64,000 nt of DNA from the NCBI GenBank assembly GCA_017654855.1, contig CM030338.1, positions 2,232,001-2,296,000 on the forward strand, read 5' to 3'. Every line of letters starts with the position of its first letter. The stretch's first letter is position 1. The position numbers and the translations under genes are program-made. The notes below the pieces were generated by a model that was not told where the DNA came from, ran no database searches, and worked only from the letters and a program-made list of their open reading frames with translations. Source of the DNA: Podospora anserina. Lineage: Eukaryota. This document shows positions 48,569 to 61,161 of the stretch, in pieces.

Positions 48569-50802
48569 ATGGCCGACCAAGAGACCTTCCCACCTCCCCA
48601 GCGAGCAGCAACTTACACGCTGCCACTGCGACCTCGAATGGACGGCAGCGACGCGAGAGAATTCAGCTTGGGGCCAATGGCCGGCACCCCAGACGCACAA
48701 CACGACCCGGCCGCAGTGCCCCGGGGCTTAGCCTCGCCAGACATATCCGTGGAATTCGCTGGCGATCACCACCTCGACAGCAGCTCTGATAAGCCAGAGC
48801 TGTTACATCCTCGCTCTGCGCCCCCTCACGTGCAGCACTTCCAGAGCCCTCTGAGACACCACAAACGGACACCTTCGGTTCATCGTGAGATCAAAGAGAC
48901 GCTCAACGCTCATTCAGAGTACACAAGTGACGATTCTGACGGCCGCTCTCACTTTCGCGTCAACCAGTATGTCATTAAGGAGGAGATTGGGCGCGGGTCG
49001 TATGGGGCCGTCCACCTTGCTACTGATCAGTTTGGGAAAGAATATGTAGCTACCCCTCAACCCCTGTTTTCTCACCTCCTATATTCTAATACCTTCTCCG
49101 CAGGCCGTGAAAGCCTTCTCCAAAGCCCGTCTCCGCAAACGCATACAATCCAACATCCTCCGCCATGGTCCGAGATCACTCGGCCGCTTCCCCTCCCGGG
49201 CTCCCTTTGGCGCCCCTGATCTCCCCATTGCCCGGTTGACAGACCAGCGAGCAAAGGAAGCGCAGGACCCCCTCTTTCTTATTCGTGAAGAGATCGCTGT
49301 CATGAAAAAGCTCAACCACCCCAACCTAGTCCAGCTCATTGAGGTGCTCGACGACCCCGAAGAAGACACCCTGTACATGGTGCTGGAGATGTGCAAGAAG
49401 GGTGTTGTCATGAAAGTTGGTTTGGGCGAGTCAGCCGCGCCGATTGATGAAGAGAAGTGTAGGCATTGGTTCAGGGACTTGATCCTGGGTGTTGAATACT
49501 GTGAGTTTATCGCCACAGTCCCCCAATATGAAGGTCAAGTTGACATGTGAAAAGTGCATTCTCAGGGTGTAGTCCACAGGGATATCAAACCCGACAACTT
49601 GCTCCTCAACGAAGACGACGTTCTCAAAATTGTCGACTTTGGCGTCTCGGAGATGTTTGAGCAGTCCACCGACATGAAGACAGCCAAGAGCGCCGGGTCA
49701 CCGGCTTTCTTACCTCCTGAGCTCTGTGTTGCCAAACATGGTGATGTGTCCGGCAAGGCAGCTGATATCTGGTCTATGGGCGTATCACTGTACTGTCTCC
49801 GCTACGGCAAGATCCCGTTTGAAAAGTTTGGAGTATTAGATATGTACGAAGCTATCCGGACAGAAGCCCCCTTCATTCCCGAGGGCGAGAACCCTTTATT
49901 TGTCGACCTGATGGGGAGGTTAATGGAGAAGGACCCAGAGAAAAGAATCACAATGGAGGAACTTCGGGTATGTCTGCCCCCTTTTTTCTTTTTTTTTCTT
50001 TTTTTCTTGTTTTTTTGTAAAAAAAAATTTCCCCTCAAAGCTAACAAAATAGAACCACCCCTGGGTCACCAAAAACAACTCCGACCCCCTCCTCCCCACA
50101 GATGAAAATTGCACCGACCCCGTCGACCCCCCTAACCCGTTGGAAGTAAACCACGCTTTCACCCGGCGAATGTCACATCTCATCTGTGTGATGAAGGCGA
50201 TTCGCAAATTCAAGTCGTTGCTCTCTACGAATCCCAAGCCGCCAGGGTCACCATACCATCACTCCCCTCGCCCATCTGACACGGCTGATTTTGCCGCTTC
50301 TATTTTACGTGAGAGGCAGCAGTTTCTTCAGTCTCCACCTCCACACCTCATCCCACCCTCAACACCACCCCAACCTTTGCTGCTGGGTATCGGCACTGGC
50401 GGATTGGATACGTTTAGCAGCAGTCATGATGATGCGGGACTGGGAGGGGACCTGGGGATCGTGGCGGACAGCCCGACGGCGGCGGATTTCAACATTTATG
50501 ATAGGGCTTTTGATAAGGAGGTGGAGAGGATTAAGGGGATGAAGAGTAGGGATGGGGACGGAGGGACGACGATTTATCATACGAGGTTTAATGACCCCGA
50601 AGAGAAAAAGGAGGGGCTTTGGGGGTTGTTTAATAAGACTGCTCAGCAGCAGAAGAGGAAGGATGAGGGCATTAGTGGGTTTGCGGAGTTGGTCAGGGTT
50701 GCTGTCGCTAGGGAGAAGGAGAAGGAGAAGGAAAGCAAGAAGGGGGCTGGTGGGGAGGAGGAGAAGCCAGCGGGAGAAGGGGACCAAGGCAAGACGGAGT
50801 GA
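48569..50802 (+). CDS. cmkC: Ca2+/calmodulin-dependent protein kinase kinase (678 aa); exons 48569-49045, 49104-49500, 49555-49967, 50053-50802
   Basis: VNQYVIKEEIGRGSYGAVHL; AVKAFSKARLRKR plus the Arg/Pro-rich insert typical of CaMKKs; EIAVMKKLNHPNLV; HRDIKPDNLL; DFGVS; AGSPAFLPPE; CaM-binding-like VMKAIRKFKSLL. Three introns keep frame (intron 2 uses an AAG acceptor). The gene symbol is less certain than the family. Confidence 0.88.
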
Positions 50803-53800
50803 TGTACAGTCAAAGTTTGAAAGGGGTAGGTGGGAAAGTTTTGCCATTGGGTATTTTACAACAGCGAAAACAGCGGCTCAGGATAATTCACATGGAAGAG
50901 AAGTGGAAAAAGAAGGGGATATTGAAGTTTCAAGCGAGGGGTTAAGATGAGGACAAGCGGCGAAGTAGTAGCATTAATACCACAACAAAGGGGTGGGGAA
51001 GGGTGAACGGGGTTAGTATAACCAAGCGAGTGTGTTTCTTTTTTATTGTTTGACTTTTTGGGGCAGGATTGTCTTTGTTATGAGTCAGGTTGGATCTCTG
51101 ACGGTTGCTATATCTCTTTCTGTCATTGGTGGAAAGCGAATGATGCACACATTAAAGGCGGCTGCCGGTGGTGTTTTTGATACCTCGATAGTTTGACAAG
51201 TTTGGCTTTGGAATACCTTGTTTTTTCTTCATTTTTACTTCTTCAGTCTTTGAACTTCTTCTTAGAGATACTATAAGAATGTATGCCTCGGCTGCTTCGT
51301 GGTTTGCACACCCTGGGAGACGGAGTAATGACGCAACCAGACTCAACCGGAGCTCACACGTAGTAAGCCTGCCACACCGGAACTTCCGACAGAGAGACCT
51401 TCAGTTGGCCGTTTTATCGTCGTCACAAATACCATACGAGCACTTCACCAGTTGGGGTTCCCAATCAGCACAGCCCAGCCACTCCCACAGCCTCGACTCT
51501 GACCATAAAAAGCCGCGCTCACATGCAAAGTCCTGAGTGCCATACCTTTAATCAAGCCTGCCTCTGACTGACCGAGTGAGTGAGTGAGTGAGGTAAGCAC
51601 AACCATCAACCACAGCCCCATCACGTCAACACTCCAAACCAAACTGCCAGCCTCATATGACACTTACAAGTAGTCTTATCCCGTGTCCTATACCGCTCCG
51701 CTCTGACGATACCCGTGTCCGTTCACGGAAGAACAGGAGCCAAATCCAGAAAAGCACAACATTTCGTATGTATCCAAACAAAAAGTCCCGAATAACACAA
51801 CAGCGCTTTCCACCGCAAAAGGCCAAGCTCAACAAGGTTCCCCCCAACATCCTGGGCGTTTCTTGTTTCTTGCCGCCACGGGCCTTGGCAAAAGCTTGTC
51901 TCGATCGGAATACCCACACTTGAAAGCACCCCCCTGCCACTCAACCCTTTATGAATGCGCGGTGGAAAGTTTCACTTCCACGGAAAAAAACACCGGATGT
52001 CAAAGCAGATTTCCGCGGTGAAAATGCCAAGGAGAATATACATATGTACGGATGCTGTACATATACATCTTGCCGGTCCTTGTGTGCTGTGCAGTGGTTG
52101 CAACAAGCCAGGCCCGGTCGCATGCAAGCACGTATGTACATACAGTCCTTTCTTGCGGTGTGTGCGCGGAAAAGGGGGAATGAATGGCAGGCCGGCCCCC
52201 GGATGTGTGTGTGTGTGTGTGTGTCTTTTCAGCGAGTTATCTCAACCACGTGTATGTAGCAAGTAAATACGTACGTCCATCCGGATGTCGCGGTGAGAAA
52301 ACCACTCTCTCCCCGTTCCTTGGAAACACTTGCCATCAAATGTGTGATGAGTATTGGCTCCAATGGGACCCAACAGTAACCACGCCAGAACCCAAAAGGT
52401 TTCGATTCGAGTAAGTTCACATGTCAAGACATGGCCCCGTTGAAAGCGCACACCGCAGAATACTCCGTGGTGATAACGCCTGCCACTTTTTAGCTGCGTC
52501 TGTTAGTTCAACCCTCCAACCAAACCCCTCCTTCCTCAAAGTCCCCAAAGGGAGAGCAGAACCTCCCACCACGCAACGCATTAGCTGGTTGGTGACTTGA
52601 CCAGAAAGCCAGACCCAAAGTAAACTAGTTGGATAGCCGCTCTCACCTTCTTCTCGACCCAAACGCTGCTGCTGCTGTGAAACTCCTCATGGTCATCCGA
52701 CGGGCCGGTGGGTTGTTCGACACCATCGTCCCCCACAAGCTTCATGCCAAGAACCGGGTCATGGGGTTCTCAAAAGAGTTGTTGTGTCCCAAAGCACCGG
52801 GTAAAAGAGGGGGGAGAGGGAAAAAAAAACACAAGGAGATCTAATCTACAAGAGGCTCGAAACATTCCCATGTTTGCACGGGATGGGAGAAAAGGGCAAA
52901 GAGCAGGAGGACCTTCGGCTCCTCCAATGCAGGCCAAGAAAAGACCGATATCAGGTCCCTTAACCGCAACCGCCCATCGGATGCTGATGCTCCCTTTGAT
53001 GATGGACAGAGCGGAAGAGCTCCGAGTGGAGGGGGTTGTGCCACCACACAACCCAAAACGATGTTCAAGTGATGGGTGGTATTGGAAAGGGGGGGGAGAA
53101 GAGGGTGAGGAGGAAGATGGCGATTCTCGTGACTGGGCCAATTGGCCAATTGGTCGCTGAGGCCGGGTTGCTGACAATTGCTGAAGCATGATGATGAGAG
53201 AATGCGACGAAAAAGCAGACTTGAAAGAGGAGGGAAGGGAAGGGGGAAAATGCCTCATAGACAACAGGTTTCATGCTCGAACAGGGAGAAATGGTTGATC
53301 AATGCTGCGTAGAGGTCGCAGGGCCCTGTCCGCACAACGTGGTGGACTATCGTATGTGGCCATGGGCTGAAGCAGTGGTCAGTCAACGGCACACTTGCGT
53401 CAGGGCCTGGTCGCCGGCCACGTTTTGATGCTGGAAAGGATCCTGAGGGTGGGATGGGAGATGGGAGTGAGAGGTAACTGGAAGATGTGACCAATTTCCA
53501 GCCAATTTGGGGTGGAAGTTCCGGGACAAGAGTTGCTCTCGCTTCGGCGGGCACCTCCTCCCCGTCCGGCCGTGTGTGCCCCCGCACCTGCCCCAGAACA
53601 AAGAGCCGGGAGGCCGCCCACGGCGCCAACGAGGCCGGCACCGGGGGGGGCACATGGGGTTTTTGATGGGGCTGGTGGAAACAAAGATGCGTTGCCAAGG
53701 CCGGCGAATCTGTGCGGATGTCCCTCTAGGGGATCATCGGGTGGATACAGGAGAACGTTGCTCTGCCAAGACTGCGCCTAGGGCGTGTAAGTGCGGGTTA

Positions 53801-55080
53801 TTGGGTTGGCTTTTTGCAACTTTGACTGATGGGCCTGTTGATAATTGATCGGTCATGGGATGCAGAGTTGTATGAAAAGAACACAACAGAAGCTTTTCGT
53901 TGTGTGTTTGAAGTGGAGAGACATCCCACATTTCGTGGTTTTCATCGTGGCTGCCCTCGCCCATCATCTCGCCGGCCCAAAGCAGTTACGAAATCGCAAC
54001 AGCTGCAGGTGCCTTGCATGAATAGGGATGGATCCAGTGGAGGTTGTTTTTTAGAATTTCACTGAGAGAGCAAGAACAAACCTTGAATTCAGCGAGATCC
54101 AAACGAAATAGCGAATGAGAGGACAGGCAAATCTAACCATGGGGGTCTAGAATTTGCCTTTTGACAGCACGGCCGAGGCTGGGGAGCACAGCATATATCA
54201 AAAAGGGAGGGCGTCACAAGCGGCTGCACACAGGGAAGTTTCTTTCGGGTTTTTAAAATATTGGGTATCTTTTGTGCCGAAAAAGGATGGCGGAGAAGAA
54301 GGTCTGGAGCAAGCTGGGGCACGGCCGGGCAGGCTCACGGCTGAAGAAATGACCCAGGTGTTTGGCTCCCGTGGCTGCTTTCAGACAAAGAAGGGACAGA
54401 AGTTTGAGCCTCCATTCGGATATCGTAGGGCTTATTACATAACGTGGAATTCACGAGAAGAAGTTGTGGTTTTTTTTGGGGGGTTAGGTTTCCCGCCACC
54501 TTAGAGTCACTTCCTTGTTTCTCACAGGTACTGCGCACAAGTACCTCCATACATGCACGATAGGTTGTGGTACGTACCACTCTACCCCATCCCACGAGGG
54601 TGTCTCGTCCGTCCCTTATTCACGTCCCCCTGGTAATTTGTTGCCATACGGTACAAGAGTACATGTTTGGCTGCTGGGAGGAGAAGGCTGTCCTAAAGCG
54701 GACCTGTTCCCTTTTCCCCTTTCACTGGACTGATCAGATTCACCGCCCGTACGCGGTGACGAGAGAGGGGTTGCAGCTTGCCGTGCAGAAAGAAGATTGC
54801 AGCTTGCTGACGTCTCGGAACTATAAGGCTGCGAGCTTCGATCAGCAAGCAGGCCGTGTTGGTTTGGCCCTTCCATCTCCTTCTCACCAACGGCCGGTCG
54901 TTGCCTGTCCTCAGGCCTGCGTCTCGCGCCCATAGATCTTCTACCTCGGTCATCCAAGGAAGAGACTGGCGAAGAGTGAGAGGGCCAGCCAGCCAGTCCG
55001 GTCTGTCAAAGACTCCTCCATACCCCCATCAGCCGACGGCATTTTTGCCCCCGCTCTGTCTAACCCGGCGAGCTCTTTTT

Positions 55081-55140
55081 ACCTGAACCTTTACCTTTAC
55101 CTTTACCTTTACCTTTACCTTTACCGTTACCTACCTTTAC
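55081..55140 (+). repeat. (ACCTTT)n hexanucleotide tandem repeat upstream of the HAL4/SAT4 kinase
   Basis: About 6 perfect ACCTTT units with degenerate flanking units. Confidence 0.9.
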
Positions 55141-55816
55141 TTCAAGCCCCAAACCGGAGGGGAAAGCAACGGCACGAACCAGTCACGACACAAATTTTAC
55201 CCTCGCCCTCAACCCTCTTACATAACCAATAACAAACCGAAACTGGCTCTTTGTGTCACTTCTTCAAGCTCTCCTCAGCCATTACTTGACCGATTCACCA
55301 TGTCCGATTCAATCCTCCTGACCAAGAAGTCATCGTCCGGCACCCTGCTCCTCGGCCACTACTAATATCTTGGAAGAGCCACCCTATCATATCAAAAGCC
55401 CCAGGAGCAATTCCCATTTCAGCGATTCACTCGCCTCCCGAGCTCCACTTTTGCAGCACTCCACATCAGCGACTTCTTGATTTTCCGCTCGCGCTGCTTC
55501 TTCCCCCTACCTCTTACTCCCACAGACTTTTCCCCGTCTGTCCCCGACAGAACTCAGCAGCGACAACAACAAGAAACCTTGGCAGTTTTGGTCGTTATAA
55601 CAGGATAGCCCCGGGCTCTGCCCACCAAGACCACAAGGCGCGTTCGCCGCCACTACCATCACTGCTGCTGCCCTGCCTTTGCTCTTGCATAAGCGCAGTG
55701 ACTGAAACCACCCGACTCGCTTACCTCTTTGCCCGCTCCAGCACTGCGGCACCCGCCATCAATATTCTCCTACAGCACCGTCCAAGAAGCCCAGCGCTCT
55801 TCTCGCATACCTAAAC

Positions 55817-57365
55817 ATGTCAACCGCCGCCGATGCCAAGCCTCCCTCCACGAGGTCCTCCCAGGCCCCGTCAATTAAGTCGGTCGATATCCCGCCCAGG
55901 TCTCCCAACCTGAACGGTTTGACCGAGCAGCCCGCAAAGCCCGTGGAGAAGGCGTCTGTAAAAGACCGTCTGACGCGCATGTTCTCGACCAGAGACGCTG
56001 CCTCTCGCGCCGCATCCACCGACGGCAAGCCCACTCCCAGCACCGGCACCCCTGGCAACACTTCCCCGCCGCCCTCGAGGCCCTCGGCCCCAGAACGTAA
56101 GGGTTCGATTGCGTCAGACAAGTCGCCTGCCCCGACCACTGCGACAGCGAGCAAGTCCAAATTGGCAAACGGCAAGGATGGCCACTTGCAGCGCTTCATG
56201 CTTCTCCCAGATCCTCCCGGAGGACACGAGCACCACCTCAAGTCGTCGCGTCGCCAGGAGAGGTTAACCGACATGATCAAGGGGCTGCTCGGCCGGAAGT
56301 CTGAACCGCAGCATGCGGCGCCCGAGAATGACCTTTCGCTCGTCTCCAACTGGGTCGACAATCTGAAGCGGGAAAAGGAAGGAGGCTCTTCGGCTTCGGA
56401 CAAGAAGGCGGCGAACGGAGCCGGTGGCTTGGTGGAGAAGTACGGCAAGTGCCAGGAGGTGGTGGGCCGCGGCGCTTTCGGCATCGTGAGAATTTCCCAC
56501 AAGAAGATGGAGAATGGTGTCGGCGAGAAGCTGTTCGCCGTCAAGGAGTTCCGCAGGCGTCCAGAGGAGACCGAAAAGAAGTATAGCAAACGTCTTACGG
56601 CCGAGTTCTGCATCTCTTCGTCTCTCCGCCATCCCAACGTCATCCACACGCTGGACCTGGTTAAGGACTCAAAGGGCGACTATTGCGAGGTGATGGAGTT
56701 CTGCGCCGGTGGTGATCTTTACACCCTTGTCCTGGCGGCAGGCAAGCTCGAGGTTCAGGAGGCGGACTGCTTCTTCAAGCAGATGATGCGTGGCGTGGAA
56801 TACATGCACGAGATGGGAGTTGCCCATCGCGATCTGAAGCCAGAAAACTTGCTTCTCACCACCAACGGCGGGCTCAAAATTACGGATTTCGGAAACGGAG
56901 AGTGTTTCCGCATGGCCTGGGAGAACGATGCGCACATGGTGTCGGGCTTGTGCGGCTCGGCCCCTTACATTGCTCCAGAGGAGTACATCGACAGGGAATT
57001 TGATGCCCGCGCTGTGGACGTCTGGGCTTGCGGTGTCATTTACATGGCTATGCGGACTGGTCGTCACCTCTGGCGTGTGGCCAAGAAGGACGAGGATGAA
57101 TTCTATGATCGGTACCTTGAAGGACGGAGGGATGAAGCGGGCTATGGCCCGATAGAGTCGTTGCACAGGGTAAGTGCGATTGTGAACCATTGGACTCTTT
57201 TGACTCGCATTAACCCACCATACCCCCATTTAGGCCCGCTGCAGGAATGTGATTTACTCCATCCTCGACCCAAATCCGTCTAGAAGAATCACAGCCTCGC
57301 AAGTCCTCAAATCTGAGTGGGGCCGTGAGATAAAACTGTGCAAGGCTGGTGAAGAAGGTCTTTAA
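55817..57365 (+). CDS. SAT4: HAL-family (Npr1/Hal5) Ser/Thr kinase, Hal4/Sat4 type (494 aa); exons 55817-57169, 57234-57365
   Basis: KYGKCQEVVGRGAFGIVRI; AVKEFRR; KRLTAEFCISSSLRHPNVI; HRDLKPENLL; DFGNGECF; GLCGSAPYIAPEE. Intron 57170-57233 gives the C-terminus ARCRNVIYSILDP...CKAGEEGL*. Confidence 0.92.
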
Positions 57366-57578
57366 CACGAGCTCCGTCAGGCTGGATCGAAATTGGAATG
57401 ATGTTGTTGTTTATGTATAAAATAGCATTATCCGAGGGAGAACCACGTCTGGCGGGGCAAACAAAACGAAACAAAAAAACAAAAACACCAACAAAAAAAA
57501 ACACAGACCTTTTTTTTCTTCTTTTCTTCACTTGTTGTTTTTTCGACAGAGGATTCATATCAAATACCTATTAGTTCT

Positions 57579-57677
57579 TTCTTCTTCTTCTTCTTCTTCT
57601 TCTTCTTCTTCTTCTTCTTCTTCTTCTTCTTCTTCTTCTTCTTCTTCTTCTTCTTTTTCTACTACTACTACTACTAC
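57579..57677. repeat. Compound microsatellite: (TTC)~25 followed by (CTA)~6, downstream of the HAL4 kinase stop codon
   Basis: Direct reading. Confidence 0.95.
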
Positions 57678-59586
57678 CACAGCGCGCGCCTCTCATGACA
57701 TATCATGAGGCACCTTTCATTCTATTTCACGAAGCGAAATGACGACGACACTCTCACATGGCAAAGCACACACCCCACACACACACACACACACACAAGC
57801 AAGCAAGGTCAAGATTCTCACAAGCAAAGCATTGGAGTTCGGGCGAATGATATAACTTCTTTTACATCATTTTTTTTTAGCAAACTATCGATTTCTCTTG
57901 CAGCCCTTACTATACTAATACTTTTCGTTTCGTTAGGGAGGCTGGTTCTTTTTCTTTTCTTTCTTTCGTTTGTTCAGAACAGAGGGAATTGGGTTGGCCA
58001 GATCTGATTTTTTTTTCTTGTCTGCGCGTTTTCTCTCTTGCGGGCCAAAAGTGGGGTAAGGGAAGGGGAGGGAAGAAGAGGTTTGCAGAGGGGGGTTTGA
58101 ACTACACTATTTTTTTTATAGAGTAGTTAGAGGGGAGTAGGAGCACAAGGGGCAGGTGAATACTATTTTTTCTTTTTCTCTTTTACAACTTTTGGGGAGA
58201 GAAGCTAGGTGGTGATGGATGTGAAAAGCTGGGACATGACAGGCAAGCCGAGGATGGATGATGACTACTTGAAGATGTTGATAATTTCAGCTGGTGGGGG
58301 ATGGATGAGAAAGAAGGGTTTGAACGGCGAAAAGACCAACACGCGAGGGGAGGAAGATTGCATTTTTCACGACAGACTACCACCATTTTATATTACAGTT
58401 TTCAAGCGCGGCGTAGGGCTTGTTTGGGGTTTATTATATATATATATATATATACCTTTTTCGTTCGTTGATAGGCAGGTAGGCAGGCGGGCAGGCGGGC
58501 GGGCGGTTGTTTATGCTTTTCTGGAGAGGTTGGCAAAGCGTTCGTTTTATCTGGGAAGGAACATATTTAAGTATAGTAATGTATACATGATACAATACAC
58601 AGTCACGTTTGATGTACTCTTCTCATCATACTCACCAACACAGCTCGCTCTTGAAGAGTACAGACGCCCACACAGACCAGGGGAGGTTCTGCATGAATAC
58701 ACCCACAACCCAACCCACAACAGCCCAACTATTACTGAGGCAACTAACCAACCCACTCACTTCTGCAAGAGAAAGCAAAAGAACCTGAGCCAAGACGAAA
58801 ACGAAAACTGCCGTCCCTGCCGCAGTTGGTTGAATTTCGGGATGTGGGAGGGAGAAGAATGACCCTATGGAATGTCTTGGCTGACGTTTTTGTGGGATCG
58901 TGATAATTGGGGGGGGAGGGAGAGGGAGGGAGAGGGATATCGGATCGGATGTCGGCATCTTTTTTTTTCAAGGCCGCGTGGATCAAGGCCCAGGGTCTCG
59001 TCTCCTCCTTTGCTTTGGGTTGGACACTTAATCTCGCATGGGGCATCGCGTGGGTTGGGTTTGAATGGGGGTTTTGTGAAGAGATAAGTGTCCGTGGTTT
59101 GGTTCCTTGTGAGGGGGTTCAAAAGGGGGCGGGTGATGGTCAGGTACGGGCGGTTCATGGTGCGATCTCCATCAATAGCGGCGGGTGGGTGGATGAAAGA
59201 ATGGAAGGAGACAAGAGTCTTCTAGAAGGGCTTTTTTTCATTCAGGGGTAAGAGTGAGGGGAGATGGGAAAGGGTTCCTCTCTCTTTAGTACGGGGCTTG
59301 CTGTTGTCTTCATTCTTGATGGGGCACGGTGCCTCAACACCATGTTTCTCTGGCAAGATGCTGGATAGCCAACAGTGTAGCTTTAACGGGCTGAGCTACA
59401 TGGTCCATTTCCAAATGATGAAATGCGGGATATCCCGTAGATCTCATGATATCATCTCGATCGTTACGCCCCCTCCCCGCGGGATTGGAGTTTCTCGTAT
59501 GCGATCACTTGGAATGCAACAGCTGCTGTGCTCATGAACGATTATGTGTCACGAAAGAAAATGCATGAATGAAGGCCCACAACAAA

Positions 59587-59590
<4 letters not shown>

Positions 59591-59640
<50 letters not shown>

Positions 59641-59660
59641 CTTTCTTTCTTTCTTTCTTT
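59591..59660. repeat. (CT)~23 followed by (CTTT)n microsatellite
   Basis: Direct reading. Confidence 0.95.
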
Positions 59661-60388
59661 TATCCCCCTTTTGACAGCCGTGGAATATCTATCTCACTAG
59701 TCAGTCATGTTTGACTGAAGGATAGATGTCGTAAAGAAGTCCAGAGCGAGATTGAAATCTCTTTTGCATCATCAAATCCACAACCCTCCTAATTTCTCAC
59801 CACCGTGTGGACCATCTTGACGTCTCACAAACTAGAACCCCTTTCTCTGCCGCCACCCGCCCGCCTGGCACCCGGTACACCCCTTCCCCCCAATCTATCT
59901 TTACTATTTATACCATTTCCGTCGTAACCAAAAGACGTCACTCACTCGCACAAACCTTTCTTGGGGGAGTCGTACAAGCTCGTGTATTTAATGTAGACAG
60001 CCGACCCGATTTCACATCCGTTTTTTGTCCTTCCGTAATACTACGTGGAACATCATCTCTCGGTACCTACTCAAGCGCGTCCACCCTCCCTTCATCGTCG
60101 TGTATCAGTATAGCATCTCTTCAACATACACTTCCCGCTGAACCATGGACCAACTCTCCATGCTCCTGCGCTGAAGAAGATGAGAAGAAACACTTGCTTG
60201 CATATTTCAAGGATAAGATTATACCACAAGCAAAATACACAAAAGCGTCTAGAAAGACAGCAACAGCAGACAAGCACAGCCGGTAAATATTTCACTTCTA
60301 TTAGATACTTTACTAGATGAATAGTCGACAGAATTCCACGAGGCAGCAGGTAGGTAGTATTAACTGTACATATATATCTCCTCCGTGT

Positions 60389-60430
60389 ACACACACACAC
60401 ACACACACACACAGACAGACAGACAGACAT
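60389..60430. repeat. (CA)n(CAGA)n compound microsatellite
   Basis: Direct reading. Confidence 0.9.
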
Positions 60431-61161
60431 ACATCCCCTTAAAACCCATAGGTTCTTTCATACCATCATTATTAAGCCCCCCCCTTATACCCCCGAACCT
60501 CAACCTCCTCACTGGGAGAACAGAGCCATTGTCCAATGCCCTCCCCATGCCTTTCGACAGACAAGTAAATATAATCAAACTCAACAAATCCCTTCTTGAC
60601 AAGTACAGTGCGCGTTCAAGTAAAGACCACTGGCAAAGCACAAAAGCAAAAACCGACAACTGCCCAAAATATCAACAAAAAGTATTCCATTTTCAAACCG
60701 CACATCGAAATCGTTCTTCGCACAACAAAAGTAAACAGAAAGAACCTCAACATTCAGTTGTCTGCGTGCATAGTAGAGAAACCACCCCAATAGGTAAATA
60801 AATAAACCAGAATAACCCCCCCTTCCCTCAAAAAAATACGCCAGCCAGCAGCACCCCCCCCGAAATATCCCATCCCATTTCATACCAATCCATTCCATCC
60901 CTCCAACCATCCCAGTTGTTTTATTTCCTCTTCCTCCTCCTCCTCCTCTTCCACCACCCCCCTTTCTCCTCCACATAATCAAACAAATTTCCCCTTCCAT
61001 CCCCTCGAAAATAAACCCCAAAAACCCCAAGCTCCAAACCCCCAAAACCAGCCCCGCCAGCCCAGATATATCAAAATCCAAAAATATCGAATCGTAAGAG
61101 GTAGTAGTGTAGTAGTAAAAATAATCACATCACAACAAAATAAATCCCCCCCACCAGAGCC

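Noticed and set aside
51000-55000. Many short ORFs upstream of the HAL4 kinase as hidden genes or a transposon
   Set aside because: No transposase, RT or integrase motifs, no terminal repeats and no consistent splice model. It looks like a long regulatory region.
59807-60286. 159-aa ORF between the HAL4 kinase and the Dig1-like gene
   Set aside because: GTG start, no in-frame ATG, no recognisable motif; probably chance.
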